Positions 1 through 14,984 of a stretch of DNA of 64,000 nucleotides are shown here, piece after piece. Origin of the DNA: the human T2T-CHM13v2.0 reference genome, Homo sapiens. The translations under genes were made by a program, and so were the position numbers. The notes under the pieces are model-generated. The model saw nothing but the letters and a program-made list of their open reading frames with translations. It did no database searches and was not told where the DNA came from. Positions within the stretch are counted from its first letter, which is position 1. Every line of letters begins with the position of its first letter. The stretch lies in the NCBI RefSeq assembly GCF_009914755.1, contig NC_060933.1; one strand, given 5' to 3'.

Positions 1-1300
1 AGCCTCACCCTGTAGCTACTACCAACCGAGGCCATGGTGAGTACTGCCAGACTAACACTCATCTTCCCTTAAGGCCCACAGTCTCTAAAGTCAGCTTGTC
101 ATGAAGGCTACCTGGCCTGGGACTCACCCTTCAGGGCAGTGGGTTCCTCTCTGGCCCAGGTTAGGTCCAGAAATGCCATCCAAGAGTCACATCCTGGAAT
201 CAGGGATCCCAAGAACCCTCTTGGTGCTCTAGTCCCCTGTGGTGATGGTGGTACCTATGGTGCAATACAAAGTCCCTTTTACTTTTCCTTCTGCTTTTCT
301 CAAGCAGAAGTTTTGTCCCATAGCCACAGCAGCTGGCTATGTACTGAGTCTCACCTGAAGCCAACAAGTCTCAGAGGCTCACCCAAGGCCTTCTACGTAG
401 TACCTGTGTATTACTACTGGTTATTTAAGGTCCAAGGGCTCTTTGGTTAGCAGGTGATGAATGCTGGCAGGACTGGGTCCTTTCCTTCAAGGCAGTGGGT
501 TCCCTTCTGGCCCAGGGTGTGTCTAGAAATGTCATCTGTGAGCTAGGCCCTCGAATGGGGGCCTCATGACTCTGACTGGTATCCTATTTTGCTGTGGCTG
601 AGCTGGTATCATAGATGTAAGACAACATCCTTCCTACTCTTCCCACTCCTCTCCTTAAGTGGAAGGAAGGGGTCTCTTTTGGAGTTGTGAGTTGTAGCCT
701 GGGGTTAGAGGAGGTATGATGCGAGCACTCCCTTGGCTGCCACAGCTGGTGTCCACTATCTCTGGGCTTAGTTCAGCCCTAGGACTCGCCTAAGAGTTGT
801 AGTCCTTATGGCCTAGATTGCCTTTCAAGTTTACTTGGAGACAGAGTGCTATAGCCCTTGGAGGCAAGGTTTGGAGGCACTCAAGCTCAGACTTCTGGGA
901 TTGGTGATTCCCCTCTGGCTAAGCCTGGCTTAAATGTTCCCTCTGTGGGTGGGTGTCAGCTGAGTTTGGTCTGGTTTTCCTTTCTGCTCTGACAGGACAG
1001 CAGTGAGTTCAGTGCATCACAATTGCTGTATTCTCCCTCCCCCAGCACCCAGAGAATCCCTCCATACCATGCCACCAAGGCAGGGAGTGAGGAAGGGGTC
1101 ACAACGGTGATTCAGGACTGTTTTTAGTCTCTTCAGTGCTTCTTTCAGTGATATAAAGTTAAAAGGAGGTACTATGAGTGCTTACTTGATTTTTGGTTCT
1201 TATGAATAGGTGTTTTTTCTGTATAGATAATTGTTAACTTGGTGTCCTTGTGAAGGGCATGATTGGTAGATCTTTCTATTCCGCCATTTTGCTCTGCCCT
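1..1300 (-). mobile_element. LINE-1 5'UTR (L1M1/L1MA/L1PB-type), continues off the left edge
   Basis: Minus strand begins ...GGGCAGAGCAAAATGGCGGAATAGAAAGATCTACC, the typical L1 5' end with a YY1-like AAAATGGCG; homologous to 32320-32652. Confidence 0.75.
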
Positions 1301-2134
1301 CTCTCAACAACTTTCTTACCAGGTGGCATTTTGTATTGAAGATAGCCTTAAACCAAATTCTACCAAACCTTCCCATTTTTAATGAGTAAAGATACATTAA
1401 AACAGTTATACTACCTACCTATTCTTGTAAGCCCAGAAAGTGCCTTATTCTCCGACTTTTGGCATTTCTCTAAGCATCTTGAATGAGAGGCTTCCTGTGA
1501 GCCAATGCAACACCATTCTGGTGAGTAGATGTGAACTTCTTATTTGGGTAAATTGATAGTCTTCTGCAGTGTGAAAGGGACATAGGACCAAATACAGCCC
1601 TGGATTGTCCCAAGATATTAAGACACTGGGATTGCTGATTTTATTCTCCTGTTTTAAGAAAGGTTAGTGCGGCCCCAAGTATCTTTCTAACCCATGATAT
1701 ATCCTGAATTTTACTTATTTCCATTTATTTCACCAGAGAAAAATGATTTCTAATATTCTTTATGCTAAGAAACCCTCTGGTGTTTTTGGTAAGCATCTTT
1801 GAAGTTCTTACTAAAATACTTTGGAGGCTGGAATTCCTGATAAGTGAATTTCAGCTGCTAACCAGATGCCTTTTGATTTTATACAGTCTGCACTGAGCAA
1901 TTTTGAGATAAATGACCACATAGCAAGTATTAGTACATGAACATTTCCTGTCTATCTAGTAGTCATTGGCATCAAAGTTTAGAAGTACCTAATCAATCTG
2001 TATAAAGTCTTTAATTAAAGGTGGGATAGTAGTAGATTGTCCAACTGAGGATGTGTTTTTAGATACATTTAAAATCTGAAAGAATAATATTGGGGAAATC
2101 GTAATTGCATTACGCATCTCTAGCATTCTCACTT

Positions 2135-2153
2135 CTACCACAAGGGGGCAGCA
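2135..2153 (+). promoter_or_regulatory. CTCF-like binding motif
   Basis: CTACCACAAGGGGGCAGCA resembles the CTCF core CCASYAGRKGGCRS, in non-repeat sequence; motif match only. Confidence 0.45.
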
Positions 2154-2769
2154 TTAGCCCCAATTGAAGCCCAGTGTTGACAGCTATAATCTTAGAGTCT
2201 CTCCTAGTCATTGGTGTTGCTAAAAAGGATTAAAAAAAGCCATCACATTAAACTGAGCACCTAAATGGGTAGGTGCAGAGTTGGGCTTGAAGCTATTTGG
2301 CAGCAGGGGTAGCAAAGAGCTGGTCTGTTCTCTGAGTGGAAAGACCTGGGAATTGGGAGTGGGTGGGGTCTGAGGAGTGATTTGAGGCAGGTGGGGAACA
2401 GCCATCAGCCACATAAGACAGCGAAGTCACCTGAGGTGACAAAATAAGTGAGGAATCTCTGGCCTCAGGATAACAAAGGACTTGAAAAACAGGGATGTCT
2501 AATAGGGATTTTCTGTTTGTGTGATGCAGAATAGAATGCTTTCTTGCTGAGGGTCTTATGTGTTTCGATGCTTTGGAATTGTTGAAGTTAAAATTCAGCA
2601 GAGTCATGAAATTGGGGCCAGAGGTGACTTTGGGAATGTGAATCTCCTAGGAATTTATACAAATATTAGTAAAGGCAGTGGCCCTTCTATAGTATGGGGC
2701 CTGGTGATTTGAGAAAATCTTGTTTACATTTTAAGTTGCACAGTGACCCCACTCTCAGGCTAAAATCAG

Positions 2770-2835
2770 TGATTTATTTCAATAAATGTTTCTGGAGGAA
2801 CTAATATTTGCTTAGCTAGGTGCTGTAGGGAGACA
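2770..2835 (-). mobile_element. L2 3' end remnant
   Basis: ATTTATTTCAATAAATGTTT...CTAGGTGCTGTAGGGAGACA resembles an antisense L2 tail. Confidence 0.3.
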
Positions 2836-2924
2836 ACACATTTCTAATTTAAATGTGCCAATGACTGTTATATTTGAAGCAACTGCACTGTCCAATTCAG
2901 AATATCCCAAGAGGGATGGACCTA

Positions 2925-3430
<506 letters not shown>

Positions 3431-3841
3431 TTTCTAAAATGTCCCATTCTCTTTTTTAGCTTCCACAGTGGTGTAACAAGGCAATGGGAATTCACTCCAC
3501 AAATCCCAGTACCACAAGAAGTTATCTGTAAGGTCTCCAGGGATGAGATAATCTACATATTTCCTCATGTCTGTTATAATGGCATTCTAGCCCAACATAA
3601 TCATGTCCATCTCTTGGAATGCATTGTGTAGACTTTAACTTATATGGTTCTGCTCTACTAATGAAGTCAGTCTCTTTAAAAAATGTTCAGAGAAACTAAT
3701 AAAGGATTATAAGCAACAAAAGGATACGGCCTAAGCCAAGTCAAGCCATTCTTGCTATCAATTCTGGAACAAATATATTAATGATATTCCTGTGTCTCTA
3801 ATTTTATATAACAAACAGACAATCATTCTTCCATCATTTCT

Positions 3842-4157
<316 letters not shown>

Positions 4158-5265
4158 TCTTCCATCATTTCTTTGACCATGCCTAGGGACCATCAGTAAC
4201 CCTAATGAAAAATGATCTTTGTTCTTTTCTGCTTTTGCTTAGTGCTGGTTTTTGGCTCTTCTAATCAAATGAGTCATTCCTGGAATGTTCAGTTTGTTTT
4301 ATGGTTGTGGCACTCCAGGAAAGCAGGGCAGTTCACCTGCCCCATTCCACAGCTGACTGTAGCTGAGAAAGCTCCCAACATCTGTGTCTATAATAAAAAG
4401 CCTGCAAAAGGAAAATAAATCATGTTTCCACCTCCATTTTTTCCTGCACATTAAAGGCTGATCACTGAAAGTCATGATCTTGGCTCTGAATTGGGTTGCA
4501 GCATTTGATCTGATGGCACACAAAGCGAGATCAATATCTGCCACCATAAAAAGTCAATGAAACATAAATTAGGAAGAGAAAATTTTCTAACTCTGGCCCC
4601 AAGCAGTGACTAGTTGGGTGCAAGCCATACATTTGGGCAATGAAAAAAGAAAGCAGCTTTACTTAACAGCAGGGTAGACTATACTAGGATTATATTTTGT
4701 GCTATTCCTACTTCTCTTTATTGATCTGCATATAATGAATTGAAGCATGATGATTCTCTCTCCAAAGTTACTCAAGAGTTTACTAAAATGTTATCAGAAA
4801 GTTTCTAACTGTGGCTATAAAAGTATGTGAAACCAATCCAGGCACTGGTGACTGCTGACTATAAGCATTTTGATAATATAAGATGATATTGGTCAGCCCA
4901 AGACAAGGTCTTATCTGACATCTGTAAGAATGTTTTAAAGTTGTAATTCAGTTGGCTGTTGAGAAACAAATGTGTCTCCTCTCTGTCCTTGATTTTGGAC
5001 ATCATGCCTTTTCCTGATGTGGCCCAAGCTTTTTAAATTTCCAAAAATGAACATATACTTTTCTTTTTGATAATAAAATTAATGCAGATTTTTTTGAGGA
5101 AAATAATTCAAGAAACCCAGAAGAGTAAAAGAGGAAAATAAGCCTTACTTATTCCACCATCACCCAGCAATTGTTACTGATTATATGTTAGCATGTCTAT
5201 TTCCAGTCCTTTACTTTTTTTCTTGTGTTGTCACACGCACACATTTCAAAAGTGGGAAAGTAGTA

Positions 5266-5669
5266 CAGACGGCCTTGACTTATGATGGTTCAACTTATGA
5301 TTTTTCAACTTTACCATGGTGTGAAAGTGATATACATATAGTAGAAATCATACCTTGAGTTTTGATCTTTTCCTGGGCAAGTGATATGCCCTGCAATACA
5401 CTCTCATGATGCCGGGCAGTGGCAGTGAACTGCAGCTCCCAGTCAGCCACAGACACACCATCATGAGGGTAACCGACCGATACTCTGTAGTGTACTGTGT
5501 TGCCAGGTGATTTTGCTCAACTATAGGCCAATGCAAGTGTTCTTTCTGAGTGCATTTAAGGAAGGGTAGGCTAAGCAACAATGTTCAGAAGATTAGGTGT
5601 ATTAAATGCATTTTGAATTTACAGTGGGTTTAACAGGATGTAACCCCATTGTAAGTTGAGGAGCATCTA
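5266..5669 (-). mobile_element. MER47B-like (TcMar-Tigger) MITE
   Basis: Terminal inverted repeats CAGACGGCCTTGACTTATGAT and ATTGTAAGTTGAGGAGCATCTA, flanked by TA. Confidence 0.75.
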
Positions 5670-6644
5670 TACAGGTAGTATGTGATCTTTATGGAAATAA
5701 CATAAATAGTACCCCCTTCTGCAGCATTCATTGAGAATTAACTACAGAGATTTAATGCAGGTTGAGGTCAAAGTGTCACATGAATTACTAATAAAATCTA
5801 GATTGCAGGGTGGTTTTACAGCTGTAGGCAGGAGGACTTCCTAATGCTGAGGCTTATGACGATCGACTTCCGTATCTAGCTACACACGTATTTCAAAAGT
5901 ATATTGCTGGATTACAGGAGTCTCTTCATGTGAGGCCGTCTCCTTTTAAATTAACAGCATTGGAAGTCATAAAAGAACCTGGACTTTCATAGCTCACTCC
6001 CTGGACATCTGAAGGGGGAAAGTGCTGGGCTATGCATATCTATTTTATTTTCAAACCCAGTCACTTCTCCTTTTTGTGAAAGGATTGTGGGTAGAGGGTG
6101 GAATGTACTGCTAATGGGGTTTTCTTTACCTAGAAGGGGGGAAAATAAGCTCTCTGTTCTTATAATCTACTTTATTCAGTTAATAGAATATGCTCATCTT
6201 CATATATTCTTCTACTGTGTGTCCCTTGGATTGAATGTAATAAAAAGTTTAAAAACCAGTATAAACTTAGCAGCAGCAGAGAGCACAGTTCTATTAAAGA
6301 AGTAGAAGAGTCTACAGGAATCTAGGAGCACCCCAACTATTTTAGCTCTCAAAGGTGGGAACTAAGGCACCTCCAGAGATTGTTCATGCTCTGAGATCTG
6401 ATAATGATATATGAGGGTATAGCTCACTCACCTCACCCAGTACACCATTGTCTCCAGAGTTTTGATGGTTAAATCACTATTTTTAGTTTCTCTATTAGTT
6501 ATCTCTACAATTTTAATATTATAATCAAACGACTCTCTTTGCCTTTATTAACTTTCAACTATGTCCCCAAACTCCAACTCCCTCTCATCTTACAGATGAG
6601 TTGTTAATATCTCCTTCCCTGTCTTCAACCTCCCTCCAATTCTG

Positions 6645-7001
6645 GGGTTGTGAACTGAAGATCTGTATTCTCCCCAGATTCATATGCTGAAACTTAATCC
6701 CCAATACAATGCTGTTAGGAGGTGGGAACTTTGGGATATGATTTAGTCATGAAGATAGAGCCCAAGTGAATGAGATGAATGCCCTTATAAGGGAGTTAAG
6801 AGTCCAGATTTGTCTCTTTCCACCATGCGAGGACACAGGGAGAAGATGCCTTCTGTGAACCAGGGAGTAGGCCCTCACCAGACACTGAATCTGTTGGCAC
6901 CTTGAGGAACTTCCCACCCTCCAGAACTGTGAAAATTAAGTGTTTGTTATAAGCTACTCAGTTTATGGTATTTTGCTATGGTACCCCTAACGGACTAAGG
7001 C
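6645..7001 (+). mobile_element. MLT1A-type MaLR solo LTR
   Basis: ATTCATATGCTGAAACTTAATCCCCAAT...GCCCTCACCAGACACTGAATCTG...CTCCAGAACTGTGA...GGACTAAGGCA. Confidence 0.8.
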
Positions 7002-7329
7002 ATCTGATCAGCTGTGCCATGGTTTAACGTCATTAAGGGAGATGACTTTCATGTGTTTTTTGTAACCATAATTAAGTTCTTTCAACAAGCTGATTCTAAA
7101 AACAGAATACTAATACACAGTAATGCTTACATTAATATGATATGTAAAATTAAGTGTCAAACAAAAGTGCTCTGATAACAATTCTTTTCTACATTTCAAT
7201 ATTATAAATCCTGTTCCACTTAAGGCAAAGAAGAGTCTCCTTTCCTACATTTCACCAGTGACTTGAAATCATTCCTCATTTTAGTTACTTCACATATAAT
7301 TCATTGCATGCTTATATGGATTTTTTCTC

Positions 7330-8486
<1,157 letters not shown>

Positions 8487-8675
8487 GAGAATGGGGAGTT
8501 ATTGTTTAATAGGTACAGTGTTTCTGTTTTCCAGGGTGAACAGAGTTCTGGAGATTATGGTGATTGGTTTCACAACATTATGAATGTATTTAATATCACT
8601 GCGGTATATACTTGAAAATGGTCAATACGATAAACTTCTTGTCTTTTATCACAACAAAAATATAAAAAAGAAAAA
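8487..8675 (+). mobile_element. L1MB 3' end fragment (the only plus-strand L1 I found)
   Basis: GAGAATGGGGAGTTATTGTTTAATAGGTACAG...TTTTATCACAAC followed by an A tail. Confidence 0.7.
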
Positions 8676-8700
8676 CTCAATTGTTCACCATTAACTATCT

Positions 8701-11294
8701 TTTAAAAATGTGTGTGTGTGTGTGTGTAATTTATTTCAATAGCTTTTGGGGTATAAATGGTTTTTGGTTATGTGAATGAATTGTATTGGGGTGAAATCTG
8801 AGATTTTAGTGCACCTGTTACCTGGGTAGTGTACATTGTACCCAATGTTTAGTTTTTTTAATCTCTCACCCTCCTCCCACCTTCCCCCTTCTGAGTTTCC
8901 AATGTCCATTATACCACTCTGTATGCCTTTGCATACCCATAACTTAGCTCCCACTTACAGAGAACATATGGTATGTGGTGTTCCATTCCTGAGTTACTTA
9001 GAATAATGGCCTCTAGCTCAATCCAAGTTGCTGCAAAAGACATTATTTCATTTTTTTTTAATGGCTGAGTAGTATTCCATGGTGTATTTTCTTTATCCAC
9101 TCATCAGCTAATGGACACTTAGGTTGGTTCCATATCTTTGCAATTGTGCATTGTGCTGTGATAAACATATTCATGCAGGTATCTTTTTAATATAATGACT
9201 TCTTTTCCTCTGGGCAGATACCTATCGGGGGAAATTCACCCCCGATATTTCATGTAGGTTCTTTTCTAATTTTCCTAAGTGTTGGCCGGTCTGAGAAATA
9301 AAGGGACAGAGTACAAAAGAGAGAAATTTTAAAGCTGGGTGTCTGGGGGAGACATCACATGTCGACAGGTTCCATGATGCCCCTCAAACTGCAAAACCAG
9401 CAAGTTTTTATTAGTGAGTTTCAAAAGGGAGGGAGTGTATGAATAGGGTGTGGGTCACAGAGATCACATGCTTCACAAGGTAATAAAATATCACAAGGCA
9501 AATGGAGGCAGGGCGAGATCACAGGACTGGGGCGAAATTAAAATTGCTAATGAAGTTTCGGGCACGCATTGTCATTGATAACATCTTATCAGGAGACAGG
9601 GTTTGAGAGCAGATAACCAGTCTGACCAAAATTTATTAGGTGGGAACTTCCTCGTCCTAATAGGCCTGGGAGTGCTATGTGAGACCAGGGCTTATTTCTT
9701 CCCTTATCTTCAATCGTAAAAGACAGACGTCCCCAGAGCGGCCATTTTGGAGACCTCCCCTTAGGGACGCATTCTCTTTCTCAGGGATGTTCCTTGCTGA
9801 GAAAAAGAATTCAGCAATATTTCTCCTATTTGCTTTTGAAAGAAGAGAAATATGGCTCTGTTCCACCCGGCCCACAGGCAGCCAGAGTTTAAGGTTATGT
9901 CCCTTGTTCTCTGAACATCGCTGTTATCCTGTTCTTTTTTCCAAGGTGCCCAGATTTCATATTGTTTAAACAAGTTTTGCAGTTAATGCAATTATCACAG
10001 GGTCCTGAGGTGACATTCATCCTCAGTTTATGATTGTGATGGGATTAAGAGATTAAAGTAAAGACAGGCATAGGAAATCACAAGGGTATTGATTGGGGAA
10101 GAGATAAGTGTCCATGAAATCTTCACAATTTATGTTCAGAGATTGCAGTAAAGACAGGCATAAGAAATTATAAAAGTATTAATCTGGGGAACTAATAAAT
10201 GTCCATGAAATCTTCACAATTTATGTTCTTCTGCCATGGCTTCAGTCGGTCCCTCCGTTCGGGGTCCCTGACTTCCCGCAACAGATGCCCAGTAGTGGGA
10301 TTACTGGATTGAATGGTAGATTTACTTTTAATTCTTTGAGAAATCTCCATACTGTTTTCCATAGAGGTTGTACTAATTTACATTCCCATCAACACTATGT
10401 AACTGTCCCCTTTTCACCACATCTATGCCAATGTTTATTGTTTTTTGGCTTTTTAATAATGGTCATTCTGGCTGGGGTTAAGTTGTATTTCATTGTGGTT
10501 TTAATTTGCCTTTCTCTGATTAGTGATGTTGAGCATTTTTTCATGTATTTTCTGGCCATTTGCATACCTTTTTAAAGTGTCTATTCATGTCATTTGCCCA
10601 CTTTTTGATGGGATTATTTTTTCTTATTTGAGTTCCTTGCAGATTCTGGATATTAGTCCTTTGTCAGATGCATAGTTTGAAAATATCTTCTCCCATTCTG
10701 TAGGTTGTCTGTTTACTGTTTCTTTTGTTGTGCAGAAGCTTTTCAGCTTAGTTAGGTCCCATTTATTTATTTATTTTTATTTTCATTGCATTTTCTTTTG
10801 GGGCCCTCATTATAAATTATTTGCCTAGGCCAATGTCCAGAAGAGTTTTTCTTAGGTTCTCTTCTAGAATATTTCTGGTTTTAGGTCTCAGATTTAAGTA
10901 TTTAATCTATCTTGAATTGGGTTTTGTATATGGTGAGAGATAGGAATCCAATTTCATTTTTCTACATGTGTCTATTCAGTTTTCCCAGCCCCATTTATTG
11001 AATAGGGTATCCTTTTACCAATTTATGTTTTTGTATGCTTTTTTGAATATCAGTTTGTTGTAAGTATTTGGCTTTAGTTCTGGGTTCTCAATTCTGTTCC
11101 ATTTGCCTATGTATCTACTTTTATTATAGTACCATGCTGTTTGGTTACTATAGCCTTGTGGTATAATTTAAAGTCAAATAACGTGGTGCCTCCAGATTTG
11201 TTCTTTTTGCTAAGGATTGCTTTGGCTATTTCGGCTCTTTTTTGATTCCAAATGAATTTTACAATTGTTTTTCCTAATTCTGTGAAAATTTTAG
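8701..11294 (-). mobile_element. 5'-truncated L1PB (3'UTR plus ORF2 C-terminus), host of a MER11
   Basis: L1PB-type 3' end TTATTTCAATAGCTTTTGGGG; TSD CATTAAC(T/A)ATCT at 8689-8700 and 11295-11306; (TG)n in the tail. Confidence 0.85.
9223..10283 (-). mobile_element. MER11 (MER11C-like) HERV-K HML-8 solo LTR
   Basis: Minus strand begins TGTTGCGGGAAGTCAGGGACCCC; 1061 bp; 6-bp TSD GATACC/GATGCC; internal repeat GTCCATGAAATCTTCACAATTTATGTTC twice. Confidence 0.92.
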
Positions 11295-11472
11295 CATTAA
11301 CAATCTGATTTGAATGGCCCCAGGTTTCAGGTATATAAACATACTCAATCAGGCAGGATATTCTAAGTACTCACAGAGATCTCAGGAGTTTTTCAAAGGC
11401 CAGTTGTAAAGACCTTTGGAATATGCAGGGTTTGAGCAACCCAAGCCTCTTGAATTAATGTTTTACTGCCCA
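11295..11472. mobile_element. MER21-like ERV LTR fragment
   Basis: GAATATGCAGGGTTTGAGCAACCCAAGCC...TTTTACTGCCCA resembles a MER21 terminus. Confidence 0.4.
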
Positions 11473-11769
11473 GATACTAATTGTACCAGCACAAATTGCT
11501 AAAAATAGATGATCTTTTCACCACAGAATTGCATTGATAGCTTTGTAGAAAGCCCATTGACCACAAAAATGAAGGTTTATTTCTAAAGTTTCTATTCTGT
11601 TCAATTGATCTACATGTTTATTCTTTTGCCAATACCACATTTTCTTGATTTCTGTAGCTTTGTAGTAAGTTTTGAAATTGAGTACTATAATTCCTCCAGT
11701 ACTGTTGTTTTTTAAAACTGGTTTTGGCTTTTGAGTTTCTATATAATTTGTAGGATAAGCCTATCATGT

Positions 11770-11812
<43 letters not shown>

Positions 11813-12285
11813 AGATAGAGTCTCACTCTGTCCCAGGCTGTAGTGCAGTGGCATGATCTCAACTCACTGCAAACTCTGACTTCCTGGTTCGAGGGATTCT
11901 CCTGCCTCAGCCTCCCGAGTAGCTGGGATTACAGGCATGTGCCACCACGCCTGGCTAATTTTTGTATTTTTAGTAGAGATGGGTTTCACCATATTTGCCA
12001 GGATGGAAGCCTGTCAATTTTGGCAAAGAAGTCTGCTAGGATTTTGGTAGAGATTTCCTTAACTATAGACAAATTTGGAAAGAATTGCTATCTTAACAAT
12101 ATTGAGTCTTATAATCCATGAACATGGAATATCTTTCCATTTATATATTGATCTTTAATTTTTAGTAATGTTTAATAGTTTTCAATATATACATATTATA
12201 CTTTAAAGTATTTTTTATACATTTTTGATGCTATTGTGAAATAAATTGCTTTCTAATTTAATTTTTGGATTCTTCCCCTGCTAGG
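11473..12285 (-). mobile_element. Old L1M ORF2 fragment
   Basis: Decayed ORF2 3' sequence (TCTATTCTGTTC, TTGTAGTAAGTTTTGAAATT). Confidence 0.7.
11771..12006 (-). mobile_element. 5'-truncated AluS with a 41-nt pure poly(T)
   Basis: Stops at CCAGGATGG; TSD-like AAGCCT(A/G)TCA on both sides. Confidence 0.9.
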
Positions 12286-12835
12286 GAGAAAAGTCTTGCT
12301 GTCCTACCATCTTCCCTTCTCTCCTATCTTTTACTAACTTATTTAATACTTAAAATTATCCTTTTTTAAATATGGACTTTACTTTTTGGAGCAGTTATGT
12401 TCACAGGAAAATTGAGTGGAAGGTACAGAGATTTCCCATATAACCCCTGCCACCATACATCCTTCACCAGAGTGATAACGTTTGCTACAATAGATGAACC
12501 TACACTGATACATTATCATCACCTGAAGTCATTAGTTTCATTAAGCTTCACTCTTGGTGTTGTACATTCTATGGGTTTTGACAAATGTGTAATGACACAT
12601 ATTCACCATTACTGTATAATACAGAGTGTTTCACTGACCTGAAAGTCCTCTATGTACCTCCTATTCATCCCTCCCTCTGCCCTAATTCATGGCAACTATA
12701 ATCTTTTTACTGTTTCCATAGTTTTGCCTTTTTCAGAATGTCAAATAGATGGAATCATACAGTATGTAGCCTTTCCAGATTGACTTCTTTCATTTAGTAA
12801 GGTGCATTTAAATTTCTTCCATGCTTTTTCATGAC

Positions 12836-13139
<304 letters not shown>

Positions 13140-13632
13140 TAGCTCATTTCTTTATAGTGCAGAATAATATTCAATTGCCTTGATGTACCACAGTTTATTT
13201 ATCTATTCACATATATACCTACGGAGGGATATCTTGGTTGCTTCCAAGTTTTGACAATTGTAAATAAAGCTGCTATAAACATCCATTTGCAAGTTTTTGT
13301 ATGGAAATAAATTTTCAACTCCTTTGGGCTACCAAGGAGCACAAGAGTTGGATGTTTTGTTTAGTTTTATAAGAAACTGCCAAACTGTCTTCCAAAGTAG
13401 ACATATCATTTTGCATTCCCACCAGCAATGAATAACAGTGGCTGTTGTTTCACATCCTCGCAGGCATTTAGTGTTGTCAATGTTTTGTATTTTGGCTATT
13501 CTGGTAAGTGTGTAGTTGTATCTCAGTGTTTTAATTTGTATTTTCTTGATGACATGGAATATCTTTTCATATGCTTATTTATCATATGCATATCTTCTTT
13601 GGAAAAGCATCTGTAAGGACTTTGACCCATTT

Positions 13633-13938
13633 TTTATTTCTATTTTTTTTTAAGAGTCTTGCTCTGTTACCCAGGCTGGAGTGCAGAGGCACAATCATAG
13701 TTCACTGCAGCTTCGACCTCCTGAGTCCAAGCAATACTTCTGCCTCAGCATCCTGAGTAGCTAGGACTAAAGGTATGCACCACCATGCCCAGCTAACTTT
13801 TTAATTTTTGTTTTTTAATAGAAATGGGGTCTTGGTGTGTTGCCTAGGCTGGTCTTGAACTCTTGGCCTTATGTGATCCTCCCACTTTGATCTCCCAAAG
13901 TGCTGGGATTACAGGCATAAGTCACTGTGCCTTACCTG
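13633..13938 (-). mobile_element. AluJ (Jo-like)
   Basis: ATCATAGTTCACTGCAGC; TSD TTTGACCCATTT at 13621-13632 and 13939-13950. Confidence 0.9.
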
Positions 13939-14984
13939 TTTGACCCATTTAAATATCAAATTGTTTTCTCATTGTTGAGTTTTAAGCATTCTTTACTTGG
14001 ATAGTAGTCCTTTACTAGATATGTCTTTTGCAGATTGTTTTTTGCAGTCTGTGGCTCGTCTTTTCATTCTCTGGACAGTGCCTTTTACGGAACAGAAAAC
14101 TAATTTTAATGAAGTGCAGCTTATCAATTTTTTCTCTCATAGACTGTGCCTTTGGTATCATATACAAAAAGTCATGACCAAACTCAAGGTCATCTAGATG
14201 TTCTTCTATGTAATCTTCTAGAGGTCTTATAGTTTTGCATTTTACATTTAGATCCATGATCCATTTTGAATTAACTTTTGTGAAGGTTGGACAGTCTGTG
14301 TTTAGCGTAGCTTAGTTTTTTTGCATGTGCCTGTCCAGTTATTCCACACCATTTATTGAAAATACTGTCTTTTCTCAATACTATTGTATTGCCTTTGCTC
14401 TTTTGTCAAAAACAGTTGACTAAATTGCTGTAGGTCTATTTCTGGTCTCTTGGTTCTGTTACATTGATCTATTTGTCTATTTTTTGTTAATTGCACACTG
14501 TCTTGAAACTTTAGCCTTAGAGTAGGTCTCGAAGTTGGGTAGTGTTATTCTTCCTTTCTTCTTTTAACACTGTTACCTAGATGAAGTTTTGGGTTTGGTT
14601 TTTCGTCATTGTTGTTGTTGTGTGTGTGTACCTGTATGTGTGTGCACCTGTATGTGTGTGCATTTATCCCACATGGTGTTCTCTGAGCTTCCTGGATCTG
14701 TGGTTTGGTGTCTGGCATTAATTTGTGAAATTCTCAGTTATTAACATTTCAAATGTATTCAAAATTTCAAATATTTATTCTGTTTTATTCTCTCCTTCTG
14801 GAATTAAAAGCAATACATAGGTCTAATCTAGATTCATGTGCTACATTTAGCTGATATGATTCAGTCTCTTTTTCTTGTAGAATATCCCACATTCTGGCTT
14901 TGTCTGATTGTGTCTTTATGGTGTCATTTAACTTGCTTCCCTATTCTCTGCATTTCCTCTAAATTGTACCCAAAGAATTGATTA

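Noticed and set aside
4299-4547. 82-aa ORF in unique sequence (MVADIDLAL...)
   Set aside because: No recognisable domain or gene context; the length is compatible with chance
10060-10230. Repeat-spacer-like pattern (also at 50200-50370)
   Set aside because: It is the intrinsic MER11 internal tandem repeat, present in both copies; not a CRISPR array
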